A DNA stretch of 64,000 nucleotides from Rhodopila sp. (GCF_965277165.1 NZ_CBDICE010000005.1:344443-408442), one strand, 5' to 3'. Counted from the first letter of the stretch, positions 1-10,213 are shown. Numbers and translations are program-made. The notes: generated from the sequence alone by a model not told the origin.

Positions 1-352
1 GGCCGGATCGAAAACTTTGCGGCTGGCGATGGAGTTTGCGCCCGCGCGCTACCGGGTCCGATCGCCATGATCGCAGCGAGCCAAAGCAGCGGAGAGTATA
101 GGCAGTATCTACTGGCTCGCCCGCGATGGCCGATCATGGAAATTACCCCTGGCTGGTGAGGGCGCATGCATGAAAGGCAAGATGCGCCGCACGCGACTCA
201 ACAGTCTGTGATAACATGGAGATTCGGTAAGCCAGTGCTTGACCGCGCCGGGTCCTTGGTAAGGTATTCCGGTGCGTCCACGGTGCCCGGCAAAAGTTTC
301 TTGCGACAGCCAAGAGATTGTCCGCGCGAAGCGCCGCCGCAGGAGGAAACAA

Positions 353-2182
353 ATGAAAACGAACTTGTCGAGGCAAGTCGCGGTAGCCACGGTGTTGTCT
401 TCCATGCTGTTGATCGGGAGTGGACACGCCCAAAACGCCGGCGGCGACGATCTTCTGAAAATGCAGCAAAACCCTGCCAATGTCGTCATGCCGACCAATA
501 CTTACGACAATCAGCGGTATTCCAAGCTGGACCAGATCAATGCCGGCAACGTCGGCAAGCTGCAGGTCGCCTGGACATTCTCGACCGGTGTTCTGCGCGG
601 ACATGAGGGCGGCCCCCTGGTTATCGGCGACGTGATGTATCTGTCGACCCCATTCCCCAACACAGTGTACGCACTCGATCTCAATAATGACGGCAAGATC
701 TTGTGGAAATACGAGCCGAAGCAGGATCCGAACGTCATTCCGGTGATGTGCTGCGACACCGTGAACCGCGGAGTCGCTTACGGCGATGGCAAGATCTTCC
801 TGCATCAGGCCGACACCACGCTGGTCGCATTGGATGCAAAGACCGGAAAGGTGGTCTGGTCGGTCAAGACCGATGATCCATCGAAAGGCGCCACCGGCAC
901 CGAAGCGCCGATGGTGATCAAGGACAAGGTTTACGTCGGCGTCTCGGGCGGCGAGTTCGGCGTTCGGGGGTGGCTTGCGGCCTACTCCGTCAACGACGGC
1001 AAACAGGTCTGGCGAGCCTATTCCGAAGGGCCGGACAACGAAATCCTGGTTGATCCGAAGAAGACGACCGAACTGGGCAAACCGATCGGAGAGAACAGCA
1101 GCCTCAAGAGCTGGCAAGGCGATCAGTGGAAAATCGGCGGTGGCGGAACCTGGGGCTGGTACTCATACGATCCGAAACTCAACCTGATCTATTACGGCAC
1201 CGGCAACCCGTCGACCTGGAACCCCAAGCAGCGTCCCGGCGACAACAAGTATTCGATGACGATCTTCGCTCGTGACCCCGACACCGGGGAGGCGAAGTGG
1301 CTCTATCAGATGACGCCACACGACCAGTGGGATTACGACGGGGTCAATGAAATGATCCTGACGGATCAACAGATCGGCGGAAAGATGCGCCATTTGCTGG
1401 TGCATTTCGACCGCAACGGCTTCGGCTACACGCTGGATCGTGCCACCGGCGAACTTTTGGTGGCGGCCAAATACGATCCGGCGGTGAACTGGGCCACCAA
1501 AGTGGACATGGACAAGTCGAGCGAGACTTACGGTCGACCGGAGGTGGTGGCCAAATACTCCACCCAGCACAACGGTGAGGATACCAACACCCAAGGCGTC
1601 TGCCCGGCCGCGCTCGGCACCAAGGATGAGCAGCCGGCGGCGTTCTCTCCAGATACCGGGCTGTTCTACGTGCCGACCAACCATGTCTGCATGGATTACG
1701 AGCCGTTCCGAGTGTCCTACACCGCCGGGCAGCCCTATGTTGGCGCGACCTTGTCGATGTATCCAGCACCTGGCGGCAATAACATGGGCAATTTTATCGC
1801 CTGGGACGCCAAGGCCGGCAAAATCGTATGGTCGGACCCGGAACAATTCTCCGTCTGGTCCGGGGCATTGGCCACCAAGGGCGACGTCGTTTTCTACGGC
1901 ACGCTGGAAGGTTACCTGAAAGCGGTTGACGCCAAGACCGGCAAGCAACTCTACAAGTTCAAGACCCCGTCCGGCATCATCGGCAACGTCATGACCTACG
2001 AACATGCCGGCAAGCAGTACGTCGCGGTGCTGTCGGGCGTCGGTGGCTGGGCAGGAATTGGCCTCGCCGCCGGGTTGACCGACCCGCACGCCGGTCTAGG
2101 CGCGGTTGGAGGATATGCCGCGCTGAACGATTACACCTCACTTGGCGGCACACTGACGGTGTTCGCTATTCCTGCAAGCTGA
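353..2182 (+). CDS. xoxF: PQQ-dependent methanol/ethanol dehydrogenase, XoxF (lanthanide) type
   Basis: Track ORF 272..2182. The preferred start is ATG 353, preceded by AGGAGGA at 341-347. The N-terminus is a signal peptide ([27 protein letters not shown]). The vicinal Cys-Cys motif [10 protein letters not shown] is present. WDYDG carries an Asp two residues after the catalytic Asp, which is the XoxF signature; MxaF has DYA. The whole length has propeller-repeat character. Confidence 0.93.
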   Translation: MKTNLSRQVAVATVLSSMLLIGSGHAQNAGGDDLLKMQQNPANVVMPTNTYDNQRYSKLDQINAGNVGKLQVAWTFSTGVLRGHEGGPLVIGDVMYLSTPFPNTVYALDLNNDGKILWKYEPKQDPNVIPVMCCDTVNRGVAYGDGKIFLHQADTTLVALDAKTGKVVWSVKTDDPSKGATGTEAPMVIKDKVYVGVSGGEFGVRGWLAAYSVNDGKQVWRAYSEGPDNEILVDPKKTTELGKPIGENSSLKSWQGDQWKIGGGGTWGWYSYDPKLNLIYYGTGNPSTWNPKQRPGDNKYSMTIFARDPDTGEAKWLYQMTPHDQWDYDGVNEMILTDQQIGGKMRHLLVHFDRNGFGYTLDRATGELLVAAKYDPAVNWATKVDMDKSSETYGRPEVVAKYSTQHNGEDTNTQGVCPAALGTKDEQPAAFSPDTGLFYVPTNHVCMDYEPFRVSYTAGQPYVGATLSMYPAPGGNNMGNFIAWDAKAGKIVWSDPEQFSVWSGALATKGDVVFYGTLEGYLKAVDAKTGKQLYKFKTPSGIIGNVMTYEHAGKQYVAVLSGVGGWAGIGLAAGLTDPHAGLGAVGGYAALNDYTSLGGTLTVFAIPAS

Positions 2183-2199
2183 TCGAGCTGGTTTCATTG

Positions 2200-2240
2200 C
2201 CGGCGCCGGGGCGCTGAACCTCGGCGCCGGTTTGTATTTT
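2200..2240 (+). terminator. Intercistronic hairpin plus T-rich tail between xoxF and xoxG (candidate partial terminator/attenuator)
   Basis: CCGGCGCCG (2200-2208) pairs perfectly with CGGCGCCGG (2222-2230) across a 13-nt loop. TTTGTATTTT follows immediately. Confidence 0.55.
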
Positions 2241-2263
2241 CATTCCGGATCAGGAAATTCATC

Positions 2264-2782
2264 GTGCACCGTATCCTGCGTGTCGCCGCCGTCGTGGTTG
2301 CGGCGTTGGCTCTGCCGTCAAGACTTGTCCACGCCGATAGCCCGATCGATCCGACCGCGGTCAAATCCGACAATGGCAAATGGACCGACAAGGACGGCAA
2401 CCCAACATTTAAGGTCGAGCAGGATGGCACCGTCGACTGGTATACCTATATTGGATTTACCCGTTACTCAGCCGAATGCCTGCGGTGTCACGGACCGGAT
2501 GGCTTGGGATCCACCTACGCGCCCGCGCTGACGGATTCGATGAAGCACTTAAACTACGCTGAGTTCTTTGCCACAGTCGCGGGCGGCAAGAAGGCCGTAT
2601 CGGCATCGCAAGATCTGGTGATGCCGGCCGAGGGCCAGAACAAGAACGTGATGTGTTTTATAGACGAAATATATAGTTATCTGCGCGGGCGCAGTACTGG
2701 TGCGGTGGGCCGCGGACGACCGACCAAGCATGCGCCAAAACCGGCCGGGTTCGAAAAGGCCGAAGACGAATGCATGGGCTAG
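2264..2782 (+). CDS. xoxG: Periplasmic c-type cytochrome, XoxG/cytochrome cL-like
   Basis: GTG start at 2264 and a signal peptide (MHRILRVAAVVVAALALPSRLVHA). A single heme motif CLRCH is present. The gene lies directly downstream of xoxF. Confidence 0.85.
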   Translation: MHRILRVAAVVVAALALPSRLVHADSPIDPTAVKSDNGKWTDKDGNPTFKVEQDGTVDWYTYIGFTRYSAECLRCHGPDGLGSTYAPALTDSMKHLNYAEFFATVAGGKKAVSASQDLVMPAEGQNKNVMCFIDEIYSYLRGRSTGAVGRGRPTKHAPKPAGFEKAEDECMG

Positions 2783-2783
2783 G

Positions 2784-3644
2784 ATGATCGCACCAGTTTG
2801 GGGAAAGCCACGATTTCTCCGGCTGTGCGTCTGGCATCTGCTGGCGCTGCTTCTACTCGGCCATCGCGCCGCTGCTCATGCACCTGGTCTCGGAGGATCG
2901 GTCGAATTGGTCGATCCCAAGGTCTTCCGGGTGTGCGCCGATCCCCACAACCTGCCGTTCTCCAATCAGCAGGGGCAGGGATTCGAGAACAAGCTGGCGG
3001 AACTTTTCGCTCGCAAGCTGAACGAGCCCACAAGCTATACTTACTTCCCTCAGGTAATCGGATTTGTCCGCAATACGTTGAATGCACTGCGCTGCGACGT
3101 GATCATGGGCACGGCGGTCGGCGATCCCCTGGTGCAGACCACCAACCCGTATTACCGCACCACCTATGCTCTCGTATTCAGACCGGACAGCGGATTGAAC
3201 GGGGTCGATAGCCTGGCCGACCCGCGTTTGAAGGATAAGCGCATCGGCATCGTCGCCGGCACGCCGCCGGCCACCATCCTGGCCGAGGACGGGCTGATGG
3301 CCGCGGCCAAACCATATCCTCTCACGGTCGATACACGCTCGACGTCATCCCCCCAGATGATGACCGACGACATCGCCGCGGGTCGGATAGATGCGGGTGT
3401 GTTATGGGGGCCGATGGCCGGCTACTACGCCCAGCGCACCACCCCTCATCTCACCGTTGTGCCGCTGCTGAAGGACGGACCCCATATGGATTTCCGCATT
3501 GCCATGGGTGTGCGCCGGACCGATCAGGATTGGAAGCGCCGGCTCAACCGACTGATCGCGCAAAACCAACCGGAGATCGACAAGATCCTGGCGGACTACG
3601 GCGTGCCGATGCTGGATGAGCAGGGACAACCCAAGCTGCAATGA
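2784..3644 (+). CDS. xoxJ: Quinoprotein dehydrogenase-associated periplasmic binding protein (MxaJ/XoxJ family)
   Basis: Track ORF 2700..3644. ATG 2784 lies just after the xoxG stop. The N-terminus is hydrophobic, and the full length resembles MxaJ-type type-2 periplasmic binding proteins (FRVCADPHNLPFSN..., GVLWGPMAGYY). Confidence 0.82.
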   Translation: MIAPVWGKPRFLRLCVWHLLALLLLGHRAAAHAPGLGGSVELVDPKVFRVCADPHNLPFSNQQGQGFENKLAELFARKLNEPTSYTYFPQVIGFVRNTLNALRCDVIMGTAVGDPLVQTTNPYYRTTYALVFRPDSGLNGVDSLADPRLKDKRIGIVAGTPPATILAEDGLMAAAKPYPLTVDTRSTSSPQMMTDDIAAGRIDAGVLWGPMAGYYAQRTTPHLTVVPLLKDGPHMDFRIAMGVRRTDQDWKRRLNRLIAQNQPEIDKILADYGVPMLDEQGQPKLQ

Positions 3645-4195
3645 CTCCACAGCCTGCAACCATCGCTGTTTTCGCCACCGTGCTGATCGGGGCCGCCACG
3701 ATTGCCCCCGAACCACCTGGCTATCGGATGGAGCGATACCGCGCCCCGACCCCGGCGACCTTGGCGGGCGCCACCGTCCTGACCACCGAGCAGGCCCACG
3801 CCCTGTGGTCCGATCGGCGGGCAGCGTTCATCGACGTGTTGGCCCGGCCACCGCGACCCCGGGGGCTACCCCCGTCCACGATCTGGCATCCGAAACCACG
3901 CGCCGATATCCCCGGCAGCATCTGGCTGCCGGATACCGGATACGGCGCCCTCGCACCGGTCATGGAGACATATTTCAGCAATGGTTTGGCGCAGGCTTCA
4001 GCAGGCGATCGAGGCCGCGAACTGGTATTCTATTGCCTGAAGAATTGCTGGATGTCGTGGAACGCGGCAAAGCGAGCGATGACACTTGGCTATACACATA
4101 TCGTCTGGTACCCGGACGGTACGGACGGCTGGGAAGCGCATGGCTTTCCGACCGAGGCGCGCCAGCCGCTGCCGCGTCCCTCGGCCAGCGAATGA
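3641..4195 (+). CDS. Rhodanese-like periplasmic protein of the 'PQQ-dependent catabolism-associated CXXCW motif' type
   Basis: The ATG overlaps the xoxJ stop (ATGA at 3641-3644). The motif FYCLKNCWMSWNAAKRA is followed by WYPDGTDGWE. The family name is recalled from memory. The spacing seen here is C-x3-C-W. Confidence 0.7.
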   Translation: MTPQPATIAVFATVLIGAATIAPEPPGYRMERYRAPTPATLAGATVLTTEQAHALWSDRRAAFIDVLARPPRPRGLPPSTIWHPKPRADIPGSIWLPDTGYGALAPVMETYFSNGLAQASAGDRGRELVFYCLKNCWMSWNAAKRAMTLGYTHIVWYPDGTDGWEAHGFPTEARQPLPRPSASE

Positions 4196-4849
4196 TCAGC
4201 CAAGCTCCTGCTGTATCTGGCGCGCAAGTGAGAATAGCCGCTGCTCGATCTTTCCGGGCACATCGCAAGCGTAGCTCAAGGCCTGACGGCGATCCTGAAA
4301 CACCTCCGCCTCCCAGGTCACCTTCTGCGTCATCTGCTGCACCGCGTTTGGGTCGGATGTGGAAGCGGTTTGCAGCGCCCGCAACTTTTCGTTGTCGGCA
4401 CGGAGTTCTGCAGCAAGCTCTTTCTGCCGTCCACCAAAACGGTCCAGACCCGCCATCACGCTATCCCTCTCTTGGCCCAGAACATCGAACAATCCAGCCA
4501 GCACCAGAAGCAGCCGAGGCTGCTTCTGGTCTCCGGCGTGCTGCGCGAAATCGTGAACCAGCCCCTGTGCGTGCTCGATCGGCTCGCGTCGCGGGGCCAG
4601 CTTTTCCACCAGGTCGGCTACCGCGGGATCGTCTTTCCAGGCTGTGCCACCGGTATCGATAGCCGGGCCGGACCAGACCGCCGCGATCGACAGTTCCGGC
4701 ACCTTGATCTGCTGACAGGGCCAATCAGGATCGCGCGCGCCCGGAGGCTGGGCAAGGCAAGGCACCGAAGCAAGCAATCCCACCGCCACGATCGCCTGAC
4801 GGATCACGCCGCGGCTTCGGGGCTGGTCATTTCGGCGCCACGACGACAC
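4196..4849 (-). CDS. Secreted hypothetical protein (xox-island accessory, unknown function)
   Basis: The 217-aa ORF has coding-like composition and a signal-peptide-like segment IRQAIVAVGLLASVPCLAQ. An alternative GTG start at 4807 would remove the overlap with the upstream gene. I recognise no motif. Confidence 0.55.
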   Translation of the reverse strand: MSSWRRNDQPRSRGVIRQAIVAVGLLASVPCLAQPPGARDPDWPCQQIKVPELSIAAVWSGPAIDTGGTAWKDDPAVADLVEKLAPRREPIEHAQGLVHDFAQHAGDQKQPRLLLVLAGLFDVLGQERDSVMAGLDRFGGRQKELAAELRADNEKLRALQTASTSDPNAVQQMTQKVTWEAEVFQDRRQALSYACDVPGKIEQRLFSLARQIQQELG

Positions 4850-5801
4850 CCCAGGGCAGCCGGCCGACCGGGATCGATTTCACGACACGCAACGCCGCGA
4901 CGTCGATGACCGAAACGTCGTTGGACAAGCCGTTGGTGCTCAGCAGGTATTTGCCGTCCGGTGTGAATGCCATCTGCCAGACGCGCTGTCCCACCAGCAG
5001 ATACTTCTTCACCTTGTAGGTCTTGGTATCGACCACCGCGATCCGGTTTGCCGGGCCGAGTGCTACGAAAGCCGTGGCATCGTCCGGCGTAAAGCGGATG
5101 CCGACCGGCTGAATCCCCTCCGCCCGCAACCCCTGAACGCTGAACCTGATGATTCGTGTGACGACGTGCTTTTGCGGATCGATCACACTGACCATGCCGC
5201 CCTGTTCCGAGGACACCCAGACCTCCGACCCATCGTGCTTGAATTGGGCGATGCGCGGGCGGGCGCCGACCAGCACGCTTGCTACCATCTTGCGGGTGGC
5301 GACGTCAAAGAAATGCGCCATGTTCGTCGTTTCGGAAGTGTTCACGAACGTCTTGCCATCGGGGCTGACGGCTATGCCTTCCGGCTCGACCCCGGTTGGA
5401 ATCTGGGCAAGCATCTTGCGCGTCGCCACATCGATGACGGTGACCAGATTGTCATCCTCGTTCGAAACGAAAAGCGGGTTCCCCGAGACGTGCAATGCGA
5501 AGGTTTCCGGATCCGGACCCGATGGCAGATCGCCGACCACGCGCAGGCTCTTAGGATCGACGATCTGAATTGTATTATCATCGCTTGCACAGATCAGGAT
5601 TTCGCCGCCGTCCTTGGTCATCGTGATGCCGCGCGGGCGCTGCCCAACCGGGACGGTCTTCACCGTCTTCATCTGACCGAGATCGATCACGCTCATGGTG
5701 TCGTCGCGCTCATTCGTTACGTAGGCAAGATAGGCTCTGGCCGGCATTGCTCCCAGCGGCAGAAGCGTGAGCACGATCAGCGCGAGCCGGCCCGGGATCA
5801 T
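4827..5801 (-). CDS. YVTN-type beta-propeller repeat protein (PQQ-catabolism-associated)
   Basis: Repeated V(S/T)xDG/VIDxxT propeller units (YVTNERDDTMSVIDL, VSNEDDNLVTVIDV, LSNDVSVIDV). ATG 5801 overlaps the stop of the upstream binding-protein gene (ATGA). A signal peptide is present. Confidence 0.8.
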   Translation of the reverse strand: MIPGRLALIVLTLLPLGAMPARAYLAYVTNERDDTMSVIDLGQMKTVKTVPVGQRPRGITMTKDGGEILICASDDNTIQIVDPKSLRVVGDLPSGPDPETFALHVSGNPLFVSNEDDNLVTVIDVATRKMLAQIPTGVEPEGIAVSPDGKTFVNTSETTNMAHFFDVATRKMVASVLVGARPRIAQFKHDGSEVWVSSEQGGMVSVIDPQKHVVTRIIRFSVQGLRAEGIQPVGIRFTPDDATAFVALGPANRIAVVDTKTYKVKKYLLVGQRVWQMAFTPDGKYLLSTNGLSNDVSVIDVAALRVVKSIPVGRLPWGVVVAPK

Positions 5802-7021
5802 AGCTTGCACCTTGTTTCCGGACGGTCGAAGCCCAGCGTATCAAGCTCGGTCACTTGATGCAGGAAGCCGGGTTGCGGCGATACCGACACAACCGACCGT
5901 CCATCATCCAGCAGGATCGGCTGGCGCAACTGCAGGTCCCAGTCGCGCAGTGTGAGTTCCTGCCCCTTATAGGCCGCAATGCCGAAATTGGGCCCTTTCA
6001 TGTATTGCATGATCTTGGTCGGATCGGTGGACCCGGTGCGGCTGGCAGCCTCGCCGATCATCCGGCACGCGGTCCAGGCCTGCATGTCGAGTGGCGTCAT
6101 CCGCCGATGCATCGCCCGCATGAAGCGATCCTGAAGCTGGGCACCGCCCCAGGACTCGCTGCTTGGGCTCCAGGACACCGGGCGCAATCCGGCTGATCCG
6201 ACAACAGGACGAGGGTCCCAGGTGCGGAACGGCAGGTAGCCCGCAAACACTTCGTTCTCATCAGCGGTCACCAGCACATCGTAGTCGGGCAGCCCTTGAG
6301 TGAAGACCGGCATTTGCTGTTGCGTCTGCACCACCCCCGAATCGGTTTGCCGCGCGCCGCCGGTGTCCTTGAACTGCAACTCCTTCACGATGCGCGCACC
6401 AAATCGTTTGGCTGAACGCCGGTAGTCATCCGCCAGCAGTCCATCGTCGGGGTGGGAGCCATAGGCCAGAACCCAGCGAGCCCATCTCTTCCAGACCAGA
6501 TATTGCGCTATCGCATCGGCCAGCATGGCTCGTGACGGCGCCACATGAATCACATTGCTACGACAGGATTCCTGCCGCAGCGCATCATCCGGCGCGGCGA
6601 TGTTGAAGAGCGTGACGCCTTTGGCCAAGGCGGGCGCCGCCATGGCAAGTAGTTGCTGCGACGGAACATCAGTCAGGGCGAGGACGATTCCTGATGCCGC
6701 CACCTTGCCGACCGCCCCACCCGGATCATCACCGGCGCTTACCGGGGCATCGCTCAAGACAAATTGCTGATTGATGAAGTGGCCGGTGGTATTGTTGTCA
6801 CTAGTAGCAAGCCGAGCACCGGCCAGGCCATTGTCCGGTGCCGGCTTGTCTAGCAAGGAGATCGTTGGTCGCCGCTCAGTCCAGCGGAGATAACCGACTT
6901 CGACGGATGCGCCTTCGGCCGGCGACTCGGGTGCCATTGCCGCCAGCGTCGTCCCGGCCGCGGTTGTGATCAGCGCCCGTCGACCGAGTCCGTCACCTGG
7001 TGACGGTTTTGAACGTTCCAT
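5798..7021 (-). CDS. Periplasmic substrate-binding protein (LivK-like fold) of the PQQ-dehydrogenase-associated ABC system
   Basis: ATG at 7021 and a Tat-like N-terminus (GRRALITTAAGTTLAAMA). The 407-aa protein resembles type-1 periplasmic binding proteins. No cognate permease or ATPase is in the window. Confidence 0.7.
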   Translation of the reverse strand: MERSKPSPGDGLGRRALITTAAGTTLAAMAPESPAEGASVEVGYLRWTERRPTISLLDKPAPDNGLAGARLATSDNNTTGHFINQQFVLSDAPVSAGDDPGGAVGKVAASGIVLALTDVPSQQLLAMAAPALAKGVTLFNIAAPDDALRQESCRSNVIHVAPSRAMLADAIAQYLVWKRWARWVLAYGSHPDDGLLADDYRRSAKRFGARIVKELQFKDTGGARQTDSGVVQTQQQMPVFTQGLPDYDVLVTADENEVFAGYLPFRTWDPRPVVGSAGLRPVSWSPSSESWGGAQLQDRFMRAMHRRMTPLDMQAWTACRMIGEAASRTGSTDPTKIMQYMKGPNFGIAAYKGQELTLRDWDLQLRQPILLDDGRSVVSVSPQPGFLHQVTELDTLGFDRPETRCKL

Positions 7022-7095
7022 TCAGGCAGTATGCGGAACCCTTCTGGCCGCATCAACATGACTGCCGCCAAATCGCGCCTCCGACAGGGGATTTC

Positions 7096-7599
7096 ATGAT
7101 GAAGAATCTGCCATGTGCCTTGTTCATCGTCGCGTGCTGTACCGCAACAGCAGCCATGGCGAAGCAGCCTTCGCCCACCGCGGTGTTTAGTTTCGGCTTC
7201 GATGACACCAGCCCGCAGGATCCGCAGGCCGCCGACAGCAAACGTCTGGCCGCGCTGAACATCGAATTGCGGGACATGCTGGTTCAATCGCACTGCTGCT
7301 CGATCGTCGATCTCGGGCCGGTGGCGACGCAGGCTCATAGCGTGGACATGCGCACCTGCAATGGCTGTGACGTCGATCTGGCACGCAAGGTCGGAGCAAG
7401 GATCTCGGTGATCGGCTGGGTCCAAAAGGTGTCGAACCTGATCCTCAATATCAACCTGGTGGCGCGCGATGTCTCCACCGGTCAGGTGATCGAGGCAGGC
7501 AGCGTGGACATCCGCGGCAATACGGACGAAACATGGTCGCGTGGCCTATCCTACTTGTTACGCAACCGGCTGCACCCATCCGCATGGTTGAAATCATGA
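7096..7599 (+). CDS. Secreted hypothetical protein
   Basis: Track ORF 7000..7599. ATG 7096 gives the signal peptide MMKNLPCALFIVACCTATAAMA. A Cys cluster is present (HCCS, CNGCD). I cannot name the family with confidence. Confidence 0.55.
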   Translation: MMKNLPCALFIVACCTATAAMAKQPSPTAVFSFGFDDTSPQDPQAADSKRLAALNIELRDMLVQSHCCSIVDLGPVATQAHSVDMRTCNGCDVDLARKVGARISVIGWVQKVSNLILNINLVARDVSTGQVIEAGSVDIRGNTDETWSRGLSYLLRNRLHPSAWLKS

Positions 7600-7603
7600 C
7601 GCC

Positions 7604-7831
7604 TTGGCGAGAACGTTAATGAACCTGGTCGACCTTATCGTGCTCGCATGCACGCTGGCGAATCCGAGCGCGTGCCACGAATACCATGTCTTGTTTCAAA
7701 GCTCGGGTTCGCTGCAAAGCTGCATGACGCAGGCGCAGCCGTATCTGGCGCAGTGGGCCGGCGAACATCCGGCCTATCAGATCAGGCGCTGGCGGTGTGC
7801 CTGGCCGGACCAAGAAGGCGGGAAGATTTGA
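7604..7831 (+). CDS. Small hypothetical protein (four Cys)
   Basis: The 75-aa ORF starts 5 nt after the previous stop, at TTG 7604 or ATG 7619. The N-terminus is hydrophobic. It is supported only by position and codon usage. Confidence 0.4.
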   Translation: MARTLMNLVDLIVLACTLANPSACHEYHVLFQSSGSLQSCMTQAQPYLAQWAGEHPAYQIRRWRCAWPDQEGGKI

Positions 7832-7834
7832 TCG

Positions 7835-8293
7835 GTGGGCGCTGACAACGCGCCGGCCTATACTGGAACGACTTGCCGCAAGCTGCGCGCAAAGCGAGGT
7901 ATTTTGATAGGCAAATGTCTTTTCGCCATCGTGGTCGGCGCATGCTTGGCTGCTCCGGCGCACGCCCAGGACGCAGCGGCCGGCGAGAAGGATTTCGTCG
8001 TCTGCCGAGCCTGCCATCAGGTTGGGCCGGGCGCCAAAAACGCGGTTGGTCCGGTTCTGAACGGCGTCGTCGGACGGAAGGCGGGCACTTACCCGGACTT
8101 TGACTATTCGTCCGCCAACAAGGACTCCGGTATTATCTGGACACCCCAGGCGCTTGATAAGTATCTGACCAGTCCTCAAACGGTTGTTCCGCACACCAAG
8201 ATGATATTTCCTGGTCTCAGGGACGCGCAAAAGCGCAAGGATGTCATATCTTTTTTGCAACAGTTCAATGAGGATGGTACGACTAAGAAGTAA
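7835..8293 (+). CDS. Class I c-type cytochrome (cytochrome c2/c550-like)
   Basis: CRACH heme motif and a distal Met region (TKMIFPGL). The signal peptide is clearer if the start is TTG 7904 (IGKCLFAIVVGACLAAPAHA). Confidence 0.85.
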   Translation: MGADNAPAYTGTTCRKLRAKRGILIGKCLFAIVVGACLAAPAHAQDAAAGEKDFVVCRACHQVGPGAKNAVGPVLNGVVGRKAGTYPDFDYSSANKDSGIIWTPQALDKYLTSPQTVVPHTKMIFPGLRDAQKRKDVISFLQQFNEDGTTKK

Positions 8294-8338
8294 TACCCCG
8301 CCGGCGGATCCGGCGTTGGACCAACGGGAGACCCGCTC

Positions 8339-9448
8339 ATGCAAACGCGCGCTGCTGTGGCACGCCAGGCCGGCCAAGCCCTCAGCCTGGAAACCGTGGA
8401 ACTCGAAGGCCCCCGCGACGGCGAGGTTCTAGTCGAAATAAAGGCCACCGGTATCTGTCACACCGATGAATTTACCCTGTCGGGTGCCGATCCCGAGGGG
8501 ATTTTTCCGGCCATCCTCGGCCATGAGGGCGCCGGCATCGTGGTAGAGGTCGGCCCCGGCGTGACATCCTTAAAAAAGGGTGACCACGTCATTCCGCTCT
8601 ACACGCCGGAATGCCGGCAATGCGAATACTGCCTGTCGCGCAAGACCAATCTCTGCGTCGCGATCCGGGCCACGCAGGGCAAGGGGCTGATGCCGGACGG
8701 CACCAGCCGGTTTTCCGCCGACGGCGCGCCGATCATGCACTACATGGGCACTTCCACCTTCTCCAATTTCACGGTGCTGCCCGAGATCGCGCTAGCGAAG
8801 ATCCGCAACGACGCTCCGTTCGAGAAGGTCTGCTACATCGGCTGTGGTGTCACCACCGGGATCGGCGCGGTCATCAACACCGCCAAGGTGGAACCGGGCG
8901 CGCGTGTCGTGGTGTTCGGCCTCGGCGGCATCGGCCTCAACGTGCTTCAGGGTGCCAGACTAGCCGGTGCCGAAATGATCGTCGGGGTCGACCTCAATCC
9001 CCGGAGGCGGGAAATCGCCGAGAAGTTCGGCATGACCCATTTCGTCAATCCCAGCGAGGTGCAGGGCGATCTGGTGCCGTATCTGGTGGACCTGACCAAA
9101 GGCGGCGCCGATTACACGTTCGAATGCATCGGCAACACCAAGGTGATGCGACAGGCGCTGGAATCCGCTCATCGCGGTTGGGGAAAGTCGATCATCATCG
9201 GCGTGGCCGCCAGCGGGCAGGAAATCGCTACCCGTCCATTCCAGCTTGTTACGGGGCGGGTATGGATGGGCACCGCGTTCGGCGGCGCGCGCGGTCGCAC
9301 CGACGTGCCGCGGATTGTCGACTGGTATATGGATGGCAAGATCAATATCGACGATCTGATCACCCATGTTCTGCCGTTCGACAAGATCAATGACGGCTTC
9401 GACCTGATGCGACGTGGCGAGAGCATCCGCACCGTCGTGACCTATTAA
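8339..9448 (+). CDS. frmA: S-(hydroxymethyl)glutathione dehydrogenase / class III alcohol dehydrogenase
   Basis: The 369-aa protein shows the Zn-ADH signatures GICHTDE and [12 protein letters not shown], the structural Zn cluster [15 protein letters not shown], and the Rossmann motif VFGLGGIGL. Confidence 0.93.
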   Translation: MQTRAAVARQAGQALSLETVELEGPRDGEVLVEIKATGICHTDEFTLSGADPEGIFPAILGHEGAGIVVEVGPGVTSLKKGDHVIPLYTPECRQCEYCLSRKTNLCVAIRATQGKGLMPDGTSRFSADGAPIMHYMGTSTFSNFTVLPEIALAKIRNDAPFEKVCYIGCGVTTGIGAVINTAKVEPGARVVVFGLGGIGLNVLQGARLAGAEMIVGVDLNPRRREIAEKFGMTHFVNPSEVQGDLVPYLVDLTKGGADYTFECIGNTKVMRQALESAHRGWGKSIIIGVAASGQEIATRPFQLVTGRVWMGTAFGGARGRTDVPRIVDWYMDGKINIDDLITHVLPFDKINDGFDLMRRGESIRTVVTY

Positions 9449-9488
9449 GCGAGGCCGAGCGACCGCTCGACCTCGGCCGCCCTGACTG

Positions 9489-10067
9489 TCAGTGGGGCTG
9501 CAGCCCCGCCGTCTTGGCTGCGTGCGTTGCGATGGCGTCCATCAACGCCGGCGACAAGCAGTCGTACGGCTCCAGCCCAACGTCCTTCAGCCGACCACGA
9601 ACGCTGGCCATTCTTTCCGGCGCCACGCCAGCCTCGATCACCGACGACACAAATGCCGCGAACTCCGGCGGTGGCCAGCCTGACTCCTGGAACAATTCCG
9701 GGTGGATGAAGTCAAAGCCATAAAACGGATGGTTCTTGTTCTCGATCCGGCCATACATGTGGACGCCGCAACCCCTGCAGGCGTGCCGCTGAATAGCCGC
9801 CGAGGCATCGACAACCTCCAGCTTGCCTTCGTTCTGGGTGACCTGAACCTTGTCCCGCGGAACCGCTGCCACGAGGGAGAAATCCGTTCCGGCCGGCTTC
9901 CAGCACTTGGTGCATCCGCACACATGATTATACGCTATCGAGCCGTCTATTTTGATCTTTACCGGATCCTGTGTGCATTTGCAGATCAACGTTCCACCGT
10001 TGAAACTGGCGGTGCCAGGCTTTAGCCCGGAATCCACAACTGGGTGGATGTGAATCGCCTCGGACAT
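9489..10067 (-). CDS. gfa: S-(hydroxymethyl)glutathione synthase (glutathione-dependent formaldehyde-activating enzyme)
   Basis: The 192-aa protein has the Gfa Cys pattern ([21 protein letters not shown]) and is convergent with frmA. Confidence 0.9.
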   Translation of the reverse strand: MSEAIHIHPVVDSGLKPGTASFNGGTLICKCTQDPVKIKIDGSIAYNHVCGCTKCWKPAGTDFSLVAAVPRDKVQVTQNEGKLEVVDASAAIQRHACRGCGVHMYGRIENKNHPFYGFDFIHPELFQESGWPPPEFAAFVSSVIEAGVAPERMASVRGRLKDVGLEPYDCLSPALMDAIATHAAKTAGLQPH

Positions 10068-10213
10068 GCTCTCATCCCTTTCATTATTTGACTGCCAAGC
10101 CGTTCAGGCGGCAATAGCGCGGCCCGAAACAAGATGCGCTAAGTCCTTCGGCCGGCACTAAAGTACTATCGACAATCCCGGGTAACGTCAAAGAACTCCC
10201 GATGATGCTCCGG

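Noticed and set aside
239-267. TTGACC at 239-244 with TAAGGT/AGGTAT downstream, as a possible xoxF sigma-70 promoter.
   Set aside because: The spacing (15-17 nt) and the -10 match (2-3 of 6) are too weak to call without transcription-start data.
143-1117. Many long ORFs lie antisense to, or in alternative frames of, recognised genes. Examples are 143..1117(-), 1163..2089(-), 3616..4662(+), 10202..11443(+), 13062..13814(-), 15493..16464(-), 24777..26138(+), 27515..28597(-), 30064..31281(-), 39671..40798(-), 54793..56589(+), 57613..58599(-) and 59371..60501(-).
   Set aside because: Each overlaps a frame with a clear family identity. Their translations are Arg/Ala/Gly/Pro-rich low-complexity strings, typical of stop-poor alternative frames in GC-rich DNA. 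None carries a motif I recognise.
9453-9478. A GGCCGAG...CTCGGCC hairpin between convergent frmA-like and gfa, as a bidirectional terminator.
   Set aside because: The stem is only 7 bp with competing pairings, and there is no T/A tract on either side. The evidence is insufficient for a feature call.
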